Positions 9,623-18,772 of a stretch of 64,000 nt of DNA are shown piece after piece. A model generated the notes under the pieces. It was not told the DNA's origin. It made no database searches and was given only the letters and a program-made list of their open reading frames with translations. The stretch spans positions 544,001-608,000 of the forward strand of contig JBGPIA010000002.1 in assembly GCA_041484665.1 (NCBI GenBank). Direction: 5' to 3'. The position numbers were made by a program, and so were the translations under genes. Every line of letters begins with the position of its first letter. Position 1 is the stretch's first letter. This DNA comes from Candidatus Krumholzibacteriia bacterium (GTDB taxonomy: Bacteria > Krumholzibacteriota > Krumholzibacteriia > JAJRXK01).

Positions 9623-10948
9623 TCACGGCGCGCCGAGCAGGACGATCGCGGAAGCGGAGAATGGCCAGACCCGCCAGGAGCGCAGGTCCGGGTTCTCGAT
9701 CGAGTTGAAACGGATCTCCTGGGTCACGGCCGCGGAGTCGTCGGGAGCGGCGGTGAGCAGGAAGCCCCAAAAGCACGCGGTGAAGTCGAGCGTCAGGCTG
9801 CCGGCACCGCCCGGGACACCCAGGAATCCGACGTTCTTCTGCCCCGCGGCCGCCAGCAGATTGCAGTGGTGCACGGTCGCCACGGCGGCGTCGCGCAGCA
9901 CCAGGCTGGTCGAGCCACTGGTGTCGAGATTGCAGGAGTCGATGTCCGCGCTGGCGGTCGCCGCCGCGGGAACCAGCGAGACGGCGGAGGCGCCGCTGCG
10001 CTTGATCGTGCACTCGCGCAACGTAAGCTGGGCGTCGCCCACGAAGACGCCAGGTCCGAAGGACTGATCGACCAGCGCGCGGCGTACCGTGACCGATGAG
10101 CCGTCGTTGAACTGCAGCCCCGTCCCGCACTGCACGATGCGGCAGCCGTAGACGCTCAGCGTGCCGTTGCCCCGGTGCTCCACGCCCAGGTCACCGCGCT
10201 CCACGCGGACGTAGGCCAGGGTGCCTGCACCACCCGGCACGAACTGGATTCCCTTGTGCAGGGTCTGCCCCACGGCGGGGGGGGTGGCGCCCTTGAACAC
10301 GATCTGTTGTGCCACCAGCGGTCCGCCCACCGCCACAAGTGTCCCCGCCACCCGCAGGCCGACCTTCTGGAGGGTGACCCCCACGAAGTACCTGCGCAGC
10401 AGCACCACCACACCCGGCTCGACGGTCAGCGTTTGCCCCGCCGGCACCACGACGTCGGAGGTGAACACGTAGGGGCTGTGCGCCGCACTCCATGCGCCGC
10501 CCGCGGCGAGCGTTCCGCCCACCGCAGTGCCGATGGTGATCGAGGCGTTGCTCGTGGCGCTGAGCGCGCCGTCGGAGGCCGTCACGACGATGACGTCGAC
10601 CCCGCTGCCGCCGCTGCCCGCCGTCCACGTCGTGGCCGCCCCGCTGGTCGTCGACAGCGTCCCGCCCGTGCTGGTGGTCAGGCTCCAGACGTAGGTCACG
10701 GTGTCGCCATCGGGATCCAGCGAAAGCGCGGTGAGGGCGACCTGCTCACCGGCGATCATCGCGAGCTGGGCGTAAACGGTGACCGTGGGCACGGCCGGGG
10801 CGCGGTTGGCGGGCGGGTTCGGCGGCTGCGTGGGACCGGAGTCGCCACCACCGCAACCGGCCAGGGCGCAGACGAGCGCAAGCCGGAGCACGGCGGCTGC
10901 GGCGGCGCCAGCGCTGCCCGCCACGCCGATCCTAGGATGTGCACGCAT
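9623..10948 (-). CDS. Lipoprotein with Ig/PKD-like domain and right-handed parallel beta-helix repeats
   Basis: Lipobox LAGC; 'DPDGDTVTYVWS' Ig-like motif; 'SPYVFTSDVVVPAGQTLTVEPGVVV' beta-helix start. Confidence 0.75.
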   Translation of the reverse strand: MRAHPRIGVAGSAGAAAAAVLRLALVCALAGCGGGDSGPTQPPNPPANRAPAVPTVTVYAQLAMIAGEQVALTALSLDPDGDTVTYVWSLTTSTGGTLSTTSGAATTWTAGSGGSGVDVIVVTASDGALSATSNASITIGTAVGGTLAAGGAWSAAHSPYVFTSDVVVPAGQTLTVEPGVVVLLRRYFVGVTLQKVGLRVAGTLVAVGGPLVAQQIVFKGATPPAVGQTLHKGIQFVPGGAGTLAYVRVERGDLGVEHRGNGTLSVYGCRIVQCGTGLQFNDGSSVTVRRALVDQSFGPGVFVGDAQLTLRECTIKRSGASAVSLVPAAATASADIDSCNLDTSGSTSLVLRDAAVATVHHCNLLAAAGQKNVGFLGVPGGAGSLTLDFTACFWGFLLTAAPDDSAAVTQEIRFNSIENPDLRSWRVWPFSASAIVLLGAP

Positions 10949-11030
10949 CGTCAACCTGCCCGGTGGGTGGGAACACGCCGCGGCGTGGCGCCCGGCTCCG
11001 GGCGAAGCTACGCAGTGCCCGGGTGGAAGG

Positions 11031-12236
11031 TCAAGCTGGGGCGAGCAGATGGCGGGCGTGGCGCAGCAGTCGGGGGCTGGCGCGCAGCAGGCGCAGGAAG
11101 AAGCTCCCGGCATCCATGTCGTCGATCCGCCGCTCGTGGAAGGCCTCCCGGCAGGCGGCGACGAGCTGCCCTTTCTCCTGGTCGTCGAGCCGGTCGAACA
11201 CGCGGCGGATCCGCGCCATCACCGCTAGACGCGGGTGCTGGCGGAAGTACTCCTGCCCAGCGCGTGCGAGCCGGCGAGCGGAGAGATCTCCCTGCGCGAG
11301 CGCGGTTGCCAGCGTCTCGGCCGCCAGGCGGGCGCTCGCCATGGCCTCGGCGATTCCGGCGGCGCTGAGCGGATCGGCGGCGCGCAGCGCATCGCCGGCC
11401 GACAGCACGCCCTGGGTGGCCGTCGCAGCGTCGCGCAGCAGGACAGGGATACCGCCTGTGATGTAACCACTTATTTTTCCAACGTTTTGGAATCGAAGTC
11501 TGCGAAACTCCTTCAGAAAGGCCGTGGCGGTGCGGCCGGCCGCCGAGGGCCGGGTCGCGATGATCCCCACCCCGACGTTTGCCTCACTCGGCGCCCGCGG
11601 GAACACCCACGCGTATCCCCCAGGCGCGATCCCGTCGCCGATCCAGAACTCCAGCGTGCCGACCTCGATGTCCACGCCGGTCATCCTGTACTGCGCGCTG
11701 GAGAGAACCTCGGCGACTGAGAGCCGGGTGTCGATCCCCGCCAGCCGGCCGACGGCGCCGGCGATGCCATCGGCGGCCAGCACGGCGGCGCAGGTCACCC
11801 GCGCGACGCCCGCGGGGGTGCGTAGGACGACGCCGCGCAGCGTCCCATCGCGGTCGCGCTCGAGGGCGGCGACCTCGTGCTGCAGCCGTCCATCGGCGCC
11901 TGCGGCGACGGCCAGCTCGAAGACGCGTCGCATGAGGCGGTCGCGGTGCAGCACGTAGCCCACACCCGGCCACAGCAGCCGAGCTCGCTCGCCGCCCGGG
12001 CCCACCAGCAGTCCGGCGTCCACGGGCGCCGCGATCAGATCGGGCGTGAGCAACCCGAACGGGGCGATGCTCCGCGCGCTGACCGCCTCCGCGCAGTAGT
12101 TCAGCGCCCCGGGATCGGCCTTGCGTTCGGCCAGCAGTACGCGCAGGCCGCGCTGGGCGAGGACGCGGGCGGCGGTCGCCCCCGCCAACCCACCTCCAGC
12201 CACGACGACGTCGAATATCTCAGGGATCTCAGGCAC
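11031..12236 (-). CDS. Geranylgeranyl reductase family FAD-dependent oxidoreductase
   Basis: DVVVAGGGLAG FAD motif, 'AADG', 'APGGYAWVFP', 'AGDA....DPLSAAGI'. Confidence 0.85.
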   Translation of the reverse strand: MPEIPEIFDVVVAGGGLAGATAARVLAQRGLRVLLAERKADPGALNYCAEAVSARSIAPFGLLTPDLIAAPVDAGLLVGPGGERARLLWPGVGYVLHRDRLMRRVFELAVAAGADGRLQHEVAALERDRDGTLRGVVLRTPAGVARVTCAAVLAADGIAGAVGRLAGIDTRLSVAEVLSSAQYRMTGVDIEVGTLEFWIGDGIAPGGYAWVFPRAPSEANVGVGIIATRPSAAGRTATAFLKEFRRLRFQNVGKISGYITGGIPVLLRDAATATQGVLSAGDALRAADPLSAAGIAEAMASARLAAETLATALAQGDLSARRLARAGQEYFRQHPRLAVMARIRRVFDRLDDQEKGQLVAACREAFHERRIDDMDAGSFFLRLLRASPRLLRHARHLLAPA

Positions 12237-12465
12237 GGCCGCGCTCGCGGGGTGCCGCGGGCGGCGCCGGAGACCCGCCCCCCGCCGTCGGCTGCGGATG
12301 CAGCACGAGCGCCGAGGCCGGGCACACCGCCAGGCAGCTGCGGTCGTCGCCGCAGCGATGCGCCGTCCAAACCAGACGGTCACCCTCCATGAGCAGGGCC
12401 AGGGTGGGGCAGACGGCGATGCAGGCGTCGCAGACGCGGCAGAGCCGGTGAAGCACCTCGATCAT
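12229..12465 (-). CDS. Dicluster-type [4Fe-4S] ferredoxin
   Basis: CRVCDACIAVCP and CGDDRSCLAVCP motifs. Its stop overlaps the reductase start. Confidence 0.8.
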   Translation of the reverse strand: MIEVLHRLCRVCDACIAVCPTLALLMEGDRLVWTAHRCGDDRSCLAVCPASALVLHPQPTAGGGSPAPPAAPRERGRA

Positions 12466-12520
12466 GCGCCACGCTCCGGCCAGGAGGTTCCCCTCGCGGC
12501 GCCCGCGGCCGCGGTCACGG

Positions 12521-13768
12521 TCAGGCGTCCCACCGCGGGGGCAGGCGTAGGATCTCCACGACGGTTCCCGCCTCGAAGTGCTCGAGGAGATCCGGCAGCA
12601 GCGCAAGCGCGCCGCTGCGGGCCAGCGATACGAAGTCCCCCGAGCCATGATGCTCGGTGGGCCGGGCCAGTGGCAGTCCCGGTGCAGGCGGCGCGTGAAG
12701 GGATACGGGGAACAGCCAGGGACGTGTTCCCTTGCGGCGCATGGGGCGCTCCAGTGCCGCGTAGGCGGGCGGCGGAGCCAGCGTGATCTCCCCCATCCGC
12801 CGGCGCAGGCCGGCCGAGTACACCGCCACCAGCGTCGCGAACACCGCCACGGGGTTGCCCGGCAGCGCGAAGACGACGCCTCCGGCGTGCACGCCGAAGG
12901 CGGCGGGATGCCCCGGACGCAGGTGCAGCGCGCCGAAGCGCAGCTCGACGCCGCAGGCCGCGAGCGCAGCTCTCACGTAGTCCTTCTGGCCTGCACTCAC
13001 GCCTCCGCTGACGACGACCAGCTCGAAGCGCCGCAGCGCGTCCCGCAGCGCGTCGGTCACCGCGCCCGCCTGGTCGCGCACGACACCCAGGTCGGCGCAG
13101 GGGACGCCGAAGTCGGCGAGCACCGCCCGCACGCAGGCATTGTTCGACTCGCGGATCTGCCCCGGTCCCGGCACTGCTCCAACCGGGACCAGCTCGTCCC
13201 CCGTGGAGAGCACCGCCGCCCGCGGCGGCTCCACCACGCGCACCACGGCGTGGCCGGTCGAAGCCAGCGCCTGCACGTGGTGGCTGTAGAGGCGCGTCCC
13301 CGCGCGCAGCACAACCTCTCCAACGTCGAGGTCCTCGCCGCGCGCGGCGACGGCGGTCCCGGGGTCCACGGCAGCATGGATCTCTGCCCAATCGTCGCGG
13401 AAACCGCTGGTGTCCTCGACGCGCACCACCGCGTCTGCACCGTCGGGCAGCGCCGCGCCCGTCATGGCACGCACGGCCTCCCGCGCGTCGAGAACGCGGG
13501 CCAGCGGCACGCCGGCCGCCGCCTCGCCAACGATCCGCAGACGCACCGGCGTCGCCGGAGTTGCGCCGCGTACGTCCGCCGCACGCACGGCGTAACCGTC
13601 CATGGTCACCCGCGGGTACGGAGGCAGCGGGATGTCGCTGGTCACGTCTGCGGCGAGCACCAGGCCCAGCGCGTCCGCGAGCGGCCGGTTTCCCACCGGG
13701 CCGGCCGGCCAGGCGTCCCACAGGACCCTGCGGGCCTGCTCCAGCTTCAGCGCCGTCATGGGCCGCAT
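12521..13768 (-). CDS. moeA: Molybdopterin molybdotransferase MoeA (gephyrin-like)
   Basis: 'MDGYAVRAAD', 'TGAALPDGADAVVRVED', 'STGDEL', 'SGGVSAG', 'LPGNPV'. Confidence 0.95.
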   Translation of the reverse strand: MRPMTALKLEQARRVLWDAWPAGPVGNRPLADALGLVLAADVTSDIPLPPYPRVTMDGYAVRAADVRGATPATPVRLRIVGEAAAGVPLARVLDAREAVRAMTGAALPDGADAVVRVEDTSGFRDDWAEIHAAVDPGTAVAARGEDLDVGEVVLRAGTRLYSHHVQALASTGHAVVRVVEPPRAAVLSTGDELVPVGAVPGPGQIRESNNACVRAVLADFGVPCADLGVVRDQAGAVTDALRDALRRFELVVVSGGVSAGQKDYVRAALAACGVELRFGALHLRPGHPAAFGVHAGGVVFALPGNPVAVFATLVAVYSAGLRRRMGEITLAPPPAYAALERPMRRKGTRPWLFPVSLHAPPAPGLPLARPTEHHGSGDFVSLARSGALALLPDLLEHFEAGTVVEILRLPPRWDA

Positions 13769-13995
13769 CGTACCACAGCGACCCAACAGAACGCCGCTGC
13801 GGCCGCGCGGAGCGGGCGCTGCGTGGCACGCCCGGCGAGGGGCGGGCTGCGGCGCGGCCACGGCCGCCCGGCCTGCGGCGCGTCGCTGGGCACGCCCGAA
13901 GGCGGGGCTCAAGGATCGCACGGGGATGGACGAAACCTTACGGGAAGCCGTGGGGAAGGACCCGCACACCCTCTTCGGGGGACCAGCACACGCCG

Positions 13996-14652
13996 ATGAT
14001 GCTCCGCAGCCCCAACGACCGGGCCCTCGATCACGACAGCCTCGAAACCCCGCCGGCCTCGCCGCAACGGCAGGTCGCGGCGCTGCGCCCACTGGCCAAT
14101 GGCGCCGGCGTGCTCGTCGCCCGCAGTCTTTCCCGCCTGCTGGACCGTCCCCTGCGCGTCACCAGCTGCCGGGTGGTGGTGGCCGAGCCGTTGGGAATGC
14201 TGCGCGACGTCGAGCCCGACTCCACCGGCCCGTTCGGGGTGCGCGTGCCGCTGCGTGGTGACGTCCCGGGCTGGATCGCGGTCCAGATCCCGCGCGCCCG
14301 CCTCGGCGAGGTCCAGGAGGACCTGGTGCGCGGCCTGGCGCTCCCAGCACCCCTGCGCGATCAAATCCTCGACTCGGCCCTCCTCGAGATGGGCGCCATC
14401 GCGGCCGGCTCGTTCACAACGGTGATGAGCGGAGTTCTACAACTCGATGTGAATCCGATGGTTCCGCAGCTCGGACTGGAGCGCCCCGCCAGCCCCGCGG
14501 CCGGAGCTGGCGCGGGCAATCAGGCCCCAGCCGAGGTGCTGCTCGTCCACGTGCAGCTTGCCGACCTGCAAGGTGGCCCGCTGTGCAACCTGCTGCTCGT
14601 GCCCGATGTCCCCGGCCTGCGCCGGATGGTCGCGATCCTGGAGGAGGGTTGA
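13996..14652 (+). CDS. CheC-like protein with degenerate phosphatase motifs
   Basis: CheC-like pattern 'AALRPLANGAG..ARSLSRLL' and 'DSALLEMGAIAAGSF', C-terminal 'LLLVPD..GLRRMV'. Directly upstream of a CheY-like gene. Confidence 0.72.
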   Translation: MMLRSPNDRALDHDSLETPPASPQRQVAALRPLANGAGVLVARSLSRLLDRPLRVTSCRVVVAEPLGMLRDVEPDSTGPFGVRVPLRGDVPGWIAVQIPRARLGEVQEDLVRGLALPAPLRDQILDSALLEMGAIAAGSFTTVMSGVLQLDVNPMVPQLGLERPASPAAGAGAGNQAPAEVLLVHVQLADLQGGPLCNLLLVPDVPGLRRMVAILEEG

Positions 14653-14654
14653 GC

Positions 14655-15020
14655 GTGGCCCGGGTGCTGATCGTCGACGACTCGACCTTCTCAAGGCTGC
14701 GCCTGCGCGCGATGCTCGAGTCGGTCGGCGCCGAGGTGATCGGCGAGGCCGAGAGCGGTGACGCAGGCGTGGCGCTCTGCGCCCAGCTCGGCCCTGACCT
14801 CGTGACCATGGACTGCGATCTGCCCGGATTGTCGGGGATCGAGGCCACCCGCCGCATCGTCGCTTCCGACCCTCAGGCGCGCGTGCTCATGATCAGCGCG
14901 CTGGCGCACCGCCAAGTCGTCCTGGATGCGATGCGGGCCGGGGCGCGCGACTTCCTCACCAAGCCGGTCGACCCCGCGCAGCTGCGCGCCTCGCTCGAAC
15001 GCGTCCTGGGGGACGTGTAG
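14655..15020 (+). CDS. CheY-like single-domain response regulator
   Basis: IVDD, phospho-acceptor VTMD, ISA and TKP are all present. Confidence 0.92.
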   Translation: MARVLIVDDSTFSRLRLRAMLESVGAEVIGEAESGDAGVALCAQLGPDLVTMDCDLPGLSGIEATRRIVASDPQARVLMISALAHRQVVLDAMRAGARDFLTKPVDPAQLRASLERVLGDV

Positions 15021-15038
15021 CGAACGCGTGGCAGACGC

Positions 15039-15878
15039 TCAGGCGTGCGCTGCCGCAAGCAGGGGCCGCAGGAAGGCGATCGCACGCGCCACGACGTCTT
15101 CGGGCTCGCTCGCGGTGCCGATGGCATCGAGCAGAGCGCTCCCCACCACGGCGCCGTCGGCGAAGCGCGCGACGCCGGCCACGTCCTCCGGACGCGCGAT
15201 ACCAAAGCCCACGGCGACGGGGACATCGCTCACCGCGCGCAGTCGCTGCACGGTTTGCTGCGCCGCGGGATCCAATCGCCCGCGGGCGCCGGTGACGCCC
15301 AGCGTCGACACGCAGTAGACGAAGCCGGTACTGGCGGCCGCCGCCGCTTCGACGCGGGCGCGGTCGCTGGTCGCTGCGATCAGGAAGCACGTCTCGATGC
15401 GCGCGGCGCGCGCGATCGCCAGCCACTCCCCCGCCTCCTCCGGCACCAGATCGGTCACGAGTGCCGCGGACACGCCCGCGGCGCGCAGGGCTGGCGGCAG
15501 GCCAAGCAGCCCGTGGGCGAGCAGCGGATTGAGGTAGCTGAACAGGATGCGGGGGCAGCCGGGAGCGCGCCCGTGCAGGGAGGCCAGCACCGCGCGCAGC
15601 GTGACGCCCTGGCGCAGTGCGGCGTCGATGGTGCGCTGGATGGTCGGACCGTCGGCTACCGGATCGCTGAACGGGACGCCCAACTCAATGGCGTCCACCC
15701 CGAGCTCCTCGAGCGCCGCCATCAGCGCCAGGCTCGCCGGGAGCGTCGGATACCCCATCGTGAGGTACGGAATCAGGGCGCACCGGCCACGCGCGCGAGC
15801 GGCGAGCAGGGCCTCCCGCGCCGAGCGAACCGCTGGGTCGCTATGCGCGTCCCGCGGCGGGTCCGTCGCATCGGGCAT
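15039..15878 (-). CDS. trpA: Tryptophan synthase alpha chain
   Basis: 'IELGVPFSDPVADGPTIQ', 'GVTG', 'VGFGI', 'ADGAVVGSA'. Confidence 0.95.
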   Translation of the reverse strand: MPDATDPPRDAHSDPAVRSAREALLAARARGRCALIPYLTMGYPTLPASLALMAALEELGVDAIELGVPFSDPVADGPTIQRTIDAALRQGVTLRAVLASLHGRAPGCPRILFSYLNPLLAHGLLGLPPALRAAGVSAALVTDLVPEEAGEWLAIARAARIETCFLIAATSDRARVEAAAAASTGFVYCVSTLGVTGARGRLDPAAQQTVQRLRAVSDVPVAVGFGIARPEDVAGVARFADGAVVGSALLDAIGTASEPEDVVARAIAFLRPLLAAAHA

Positions 15879-15906
15879 GGAATCCGTAGGTGGCTGGGGG
15901 GAGCGG

Positions 15907-16755
15907 TCAGCCGGCCAGCGCGCGCGCCCGGCGGAAGCTGTCGCGCGCCTGTTCCTTCATCGCCAAGCCATCGTAGGCCATCCCGAGCTGGTAGTGCACG
16001 CGCCCGTCGTCCTCCAGCTGGCGCGCGGCCTTGGTCAGCTCGTCGGCCGCCTCCCGGTAGTGGCCGAGCTTGTTGAGCGCCATCCCCAGGTAGAGGCGCG
16101 CCCGGGCATGCTCCGGGTCGTGGCGCAGCGCCTCGCGGAACGACGACACGGCGTCTTGCGTCATCCCCCGCCGGAAGCGGCACTGCCCGAGGAGGTAGTG
16201 CGCCTGCGCGTGCGCGGGATCGTGGTGGAGCGCCTCCGCGAGCAGCCCCTCGGCCGCCAGCAGGTTGCCCTGGCGCAGGCGCACCACGGCGAGGTTGAAG
16301 CTGGGCTCGAAACCGGGGGCCAGCTCGGCGCAGCGTTGGAGGGCCTTGACGGCCTCTTCGTAGCGGCCCAGCTCGCCGTACAGCGCGCCCAGATTGAGAT
16401 GCGCCGCGGGCTCGCGCGGCGCGAGCTGGATCGCGCGCCGGAACGCGGCAATCGCCTCGGTCGCGCGACCCTGCAGGTCCAGGACCACGCCCAGATTCGT
16501 GTGGACGCGCGCCTCCTCGAAGCGCTCGCGCAGGACGCGCCGCAGCAACCCCTCGGCCTCGTCGAGGCGCCGCTGCTTCATGCGGATGAGCGCCAGACGG
16601 TAGGCCGCATCGGCATCCGCCGGGGCCGCTTCGAGCTGCGACGACAACGCCGCTGCGGTGTCCTCCAGCTCGGCGCGCTGCTCCGGCGCACGCGCCTGCC
16701 GCAGCGTCGCCATCTGCGCGGCCGTTTCCTTCGTCCGTGTTGCCATCGGTTGCAT
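15907..16755 (-). CDS. Cytoplasmic TPR repeat protein
   Basis: About seven consecutive TPR-like repeats and no signal peptide. Start could be 16746 or 16713. Confidence 0.85.
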   Translation of the reverse strand: MQPMATRTKETAAQMATLRQARAPEQRAELEDTAAALSSQLEAAPADADAAYRLALIRMKQRRLDEAEGLLRRVLRERFEEARVHTNLGVVLDLQGRATEAIAAFRRAIQLAPREPAAHLNLGALYGELGRYEEAVKALQRCAELAPGFEPSFNLAVVRLRQGNLLAAEGLLAEALHHDPAHAQAHYLLGQCRFRRGMTQDAVSSFREALRHDPEHARARLYLGMALNKLGHYREAADELTKAARQLEDDGRVHYQLGMAYDGLAMKEQARDSFRRARALAG

Positions 16756-16879
16756 GTGTTACGCCGCCACGTGGGGCGGAAGGAGTGGCGGCGGCGCGAA
16801 CGTATGCGCTGGCGTGACGGCTGTCAACGCACAGACACACGGAATGCAGCGCGCCGGGCGCACGCCGCGCGCGCAGGGG

Positions 16880-18544
16880 TCAGTGGGCGACCTTGAGGTT
16901 GAGGACGATGCGGATCGTCTTGCCGTCGGCCAGCGCGTCGGCGTCGAGCGTGATCGGCACCTCGATGATCTTGGCGTTCGCGAGGCGGCTGGCGAAGCCG
17001 AACTGTGACGTCTCCGACGCCCTCTCCGCGGCGGCCTTCGATGCCGCGGCGTCGCTGCTCAGCTTGCGGGGATCGGTGATGAGCTCCAAGTGGACCTCGG
17101 GAGGGGGCGGCTGCGACCCCGCCACGCCGGCCGCCATGGCCGGCGCGGCCGCCGCCGCCGGTGCCACCGGTGCCGTCGGCGCTCCCTGGGGACGCACCGG
17201 CGGCGGAGCTGCTGCGGGACGTGCGGTCGCGGCATCGGCCGCCCCGGCCACGTCCTTGCCGTCCAGGCTCACCATCCGCCCGTAGCTGCTGCCGTAGGTG
17301 AGGGGATCGTCGCCGTGCGCAGGGCCCGTCTGCGCCCCCTCGACGGTCGGGGGGGCGGAAGTCTCGCGGGGCCTCTGGCCATCCATGGGCGAGAGCACAT
17401 TGTCGACCAGGTCGGAGACGAGCTTCTGCTCGGGTCCCTCCGCCTGCGGCGTCGCAGCCGGCCTGCGCGGCGTGCCCGTGTGGAGCGCGGGCGCGGCGGG
17501 CGGGCGCTGGCTGGGTGGCGCGGCTGCCGGCCGTGGCCCGGAGGGAGCCGAGGGTGGGCTGCTCCGTGGCCCTGCGGCAGCGCCTTGGACCGTAGCGCGC
17601 GGACCCGAGGGAGGCGAGTGCACCGGGCCGCGCAGTCCGGGCCCGGCCGCCGGCGCCGCGCTGCGCGGTCCCGCGGGTACCGCCGCAGCGGGCACCGGTC
17701 CCAGAGGCCCGGACGGGGAAGCCGAGGCCCGCAGTGGAGACGCCGCGCCGGCGGTCCCGGGGCGGACCGCGCCCAGGATCGCGTCCAGCACGGCTCCGTC
17801 GCTCTGGGCGGGCTCGTGCGCCCCCGCGCGCGGGGCGACCGCCACGGGCTCGTGCACCTCCGGAGGCGCGTCGAGCTGCTGCAAGCGCGCGGCGATGTCG
17901 GCGCCGAAGAGGGAGGTTTCCTCCTCGCGCTCGGGCGGCCTGGACTGCGTCGCCCCCTCCTCCCCCGTGGTCAGGCGGCGGTAGATCATCTTGCTGATGC
18001 GATGCAGCGTCTCGTAGACCCCCTCGCCGGTGAGGGCGGACGCCTCGAAGCTCGGGACTGCGCGCGGGTTGAGCTGCCCTTCCATCTCCTCGACCGGATC
18101 GCAGTTGGGTAGATCGCGCTTGTTCCACTGCATCACGAGCGGCAGCGTCTCCAGGTCGAGACCGATCTCCTCGAGATTCTCGCGGAGGTTCTGCAGGCTG
18201 TCGCGGTTGTCCTGCATGCGACCCTGTTCGCTGTCGGCGACGAACACCACTCCATCGACGCCCTTGAGGACCATCTTGCGGGTGGCGTTGTAGTAGACCT
18301 GCCCGGGGACGGTGTAGAGCATGAAGCGGGTCTTGAATCCGTCGATCAGGCCCAGCTCCAGGGGCAGGAAGTCGAAGAAGATCGTGCGGTCGGTCTGCGT
18401 GCGCAGGGAGATCATCTTGCCCGAGTACTCGAGCGGGATCTTGGAGTAGATCCACTCCAGATTGGTGGTCTTCCCGCTGAGCGCCGGACCGTAGTAGACG
18501 ATCTTGGCGTTGATCTCCTTGCCGCTGTAGTTGTAGACGACCAT
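16880..18544 (-). CDS. mglA: MglA-family small GTPase with long Pro/Ala-rich linker and small C-terminal domain
   Basis: 'KEINAKIVYYGPALSGKTTN', 'DRTIFFDFLP', 'LYTVPGQVYYNATRK', 'DGVVFVADS', 'NKRD'. Residues ~195-520 are low complexity. Confidence 0.9.
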   Translation of the reverse strand: MVVYNYSGKEINAKIVYYGPALSGKTTNLEWIYSKIPLEYSGKMISLRTQTDRTIFFDFLPLELGLIDGFKTRFMLYTVPGQVYYNATRKMVLKGVDGVVFVADSEQGRMQDNRDSLQNLRENLEEIGLDLETLPLVMQWNKRDLPNCDPVEEMEGQLNPRAVPSFEASALTGEGVYETLHRISKMIYRRLTTGEEGATQSRPPEREEETSLFGADIAARLQQLDAPPEVHEPVAVAPRAGAHEPAQSDGAVLDAILGAVRPGTAGAASPLRASASPSGPLGPVPAAAVPAGPRSAAPAAGPGLRGPVHSPPSGPRATVQGAAAGPRSSPPSAPSGPRPAAAPPSQRPPAAPALHTGTPRRPAATPQAEGPEQKLVSDLVDNVLSPMDGQRPRETSAPPTVEGAQTGPAHGDDPLTYGSSYGRMVSLDGKDVAGAADAATARPAAAPPPVRPQGAPTAPVAPAAAAAPAMAAGVAGSQPPPPEVHLELITDPRKLSSDAAASKAAAERASETSQFGFASRLANAKIIEVPITLDADALADGKTIRIVLNLKVAH

Positions 18545-18602
18545 CGGGCCTCACTCAGCAGAAGAACGTCTGGTTCGGGGAGTCCTGTCGGTGCAGCGAA
18601 AC

Positions 18603-18617
18603 GCAATCTCCATGCCA
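18603..18617 (-). promoter_or_regulatory. sigma54 promoter of the mglA-like gene
   Basis: Minus strand TGGCATGGAGATTGC, near consensus, ~60 nt upstream of the ATG. Confidence 0.75.
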
Positions 18618-18772
18618 CCCGCGGCGTTGCGCCACGCGGCCCCCCTAGCTGGGGTTCACCCCCCATCTCCGGTCCCGGCGAGAGCCGGCGGCTCTCCGTA
18701 GCCGACCCTTCCCGGCCGGTCGGCGCCCCCCGAGGCGTGCCCGCGCAGCCCCACGCCCACCCCACCCCAATC

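Noticed and set aside
13915..13995. Possible c-di-GMP riboswitch or sigma28 promoter upstream of the CheC-like gene
   Set aside because: No class I or II consensus could be fitted. GCCGATGA overlaps the start codon and has no TAAA -35 element.
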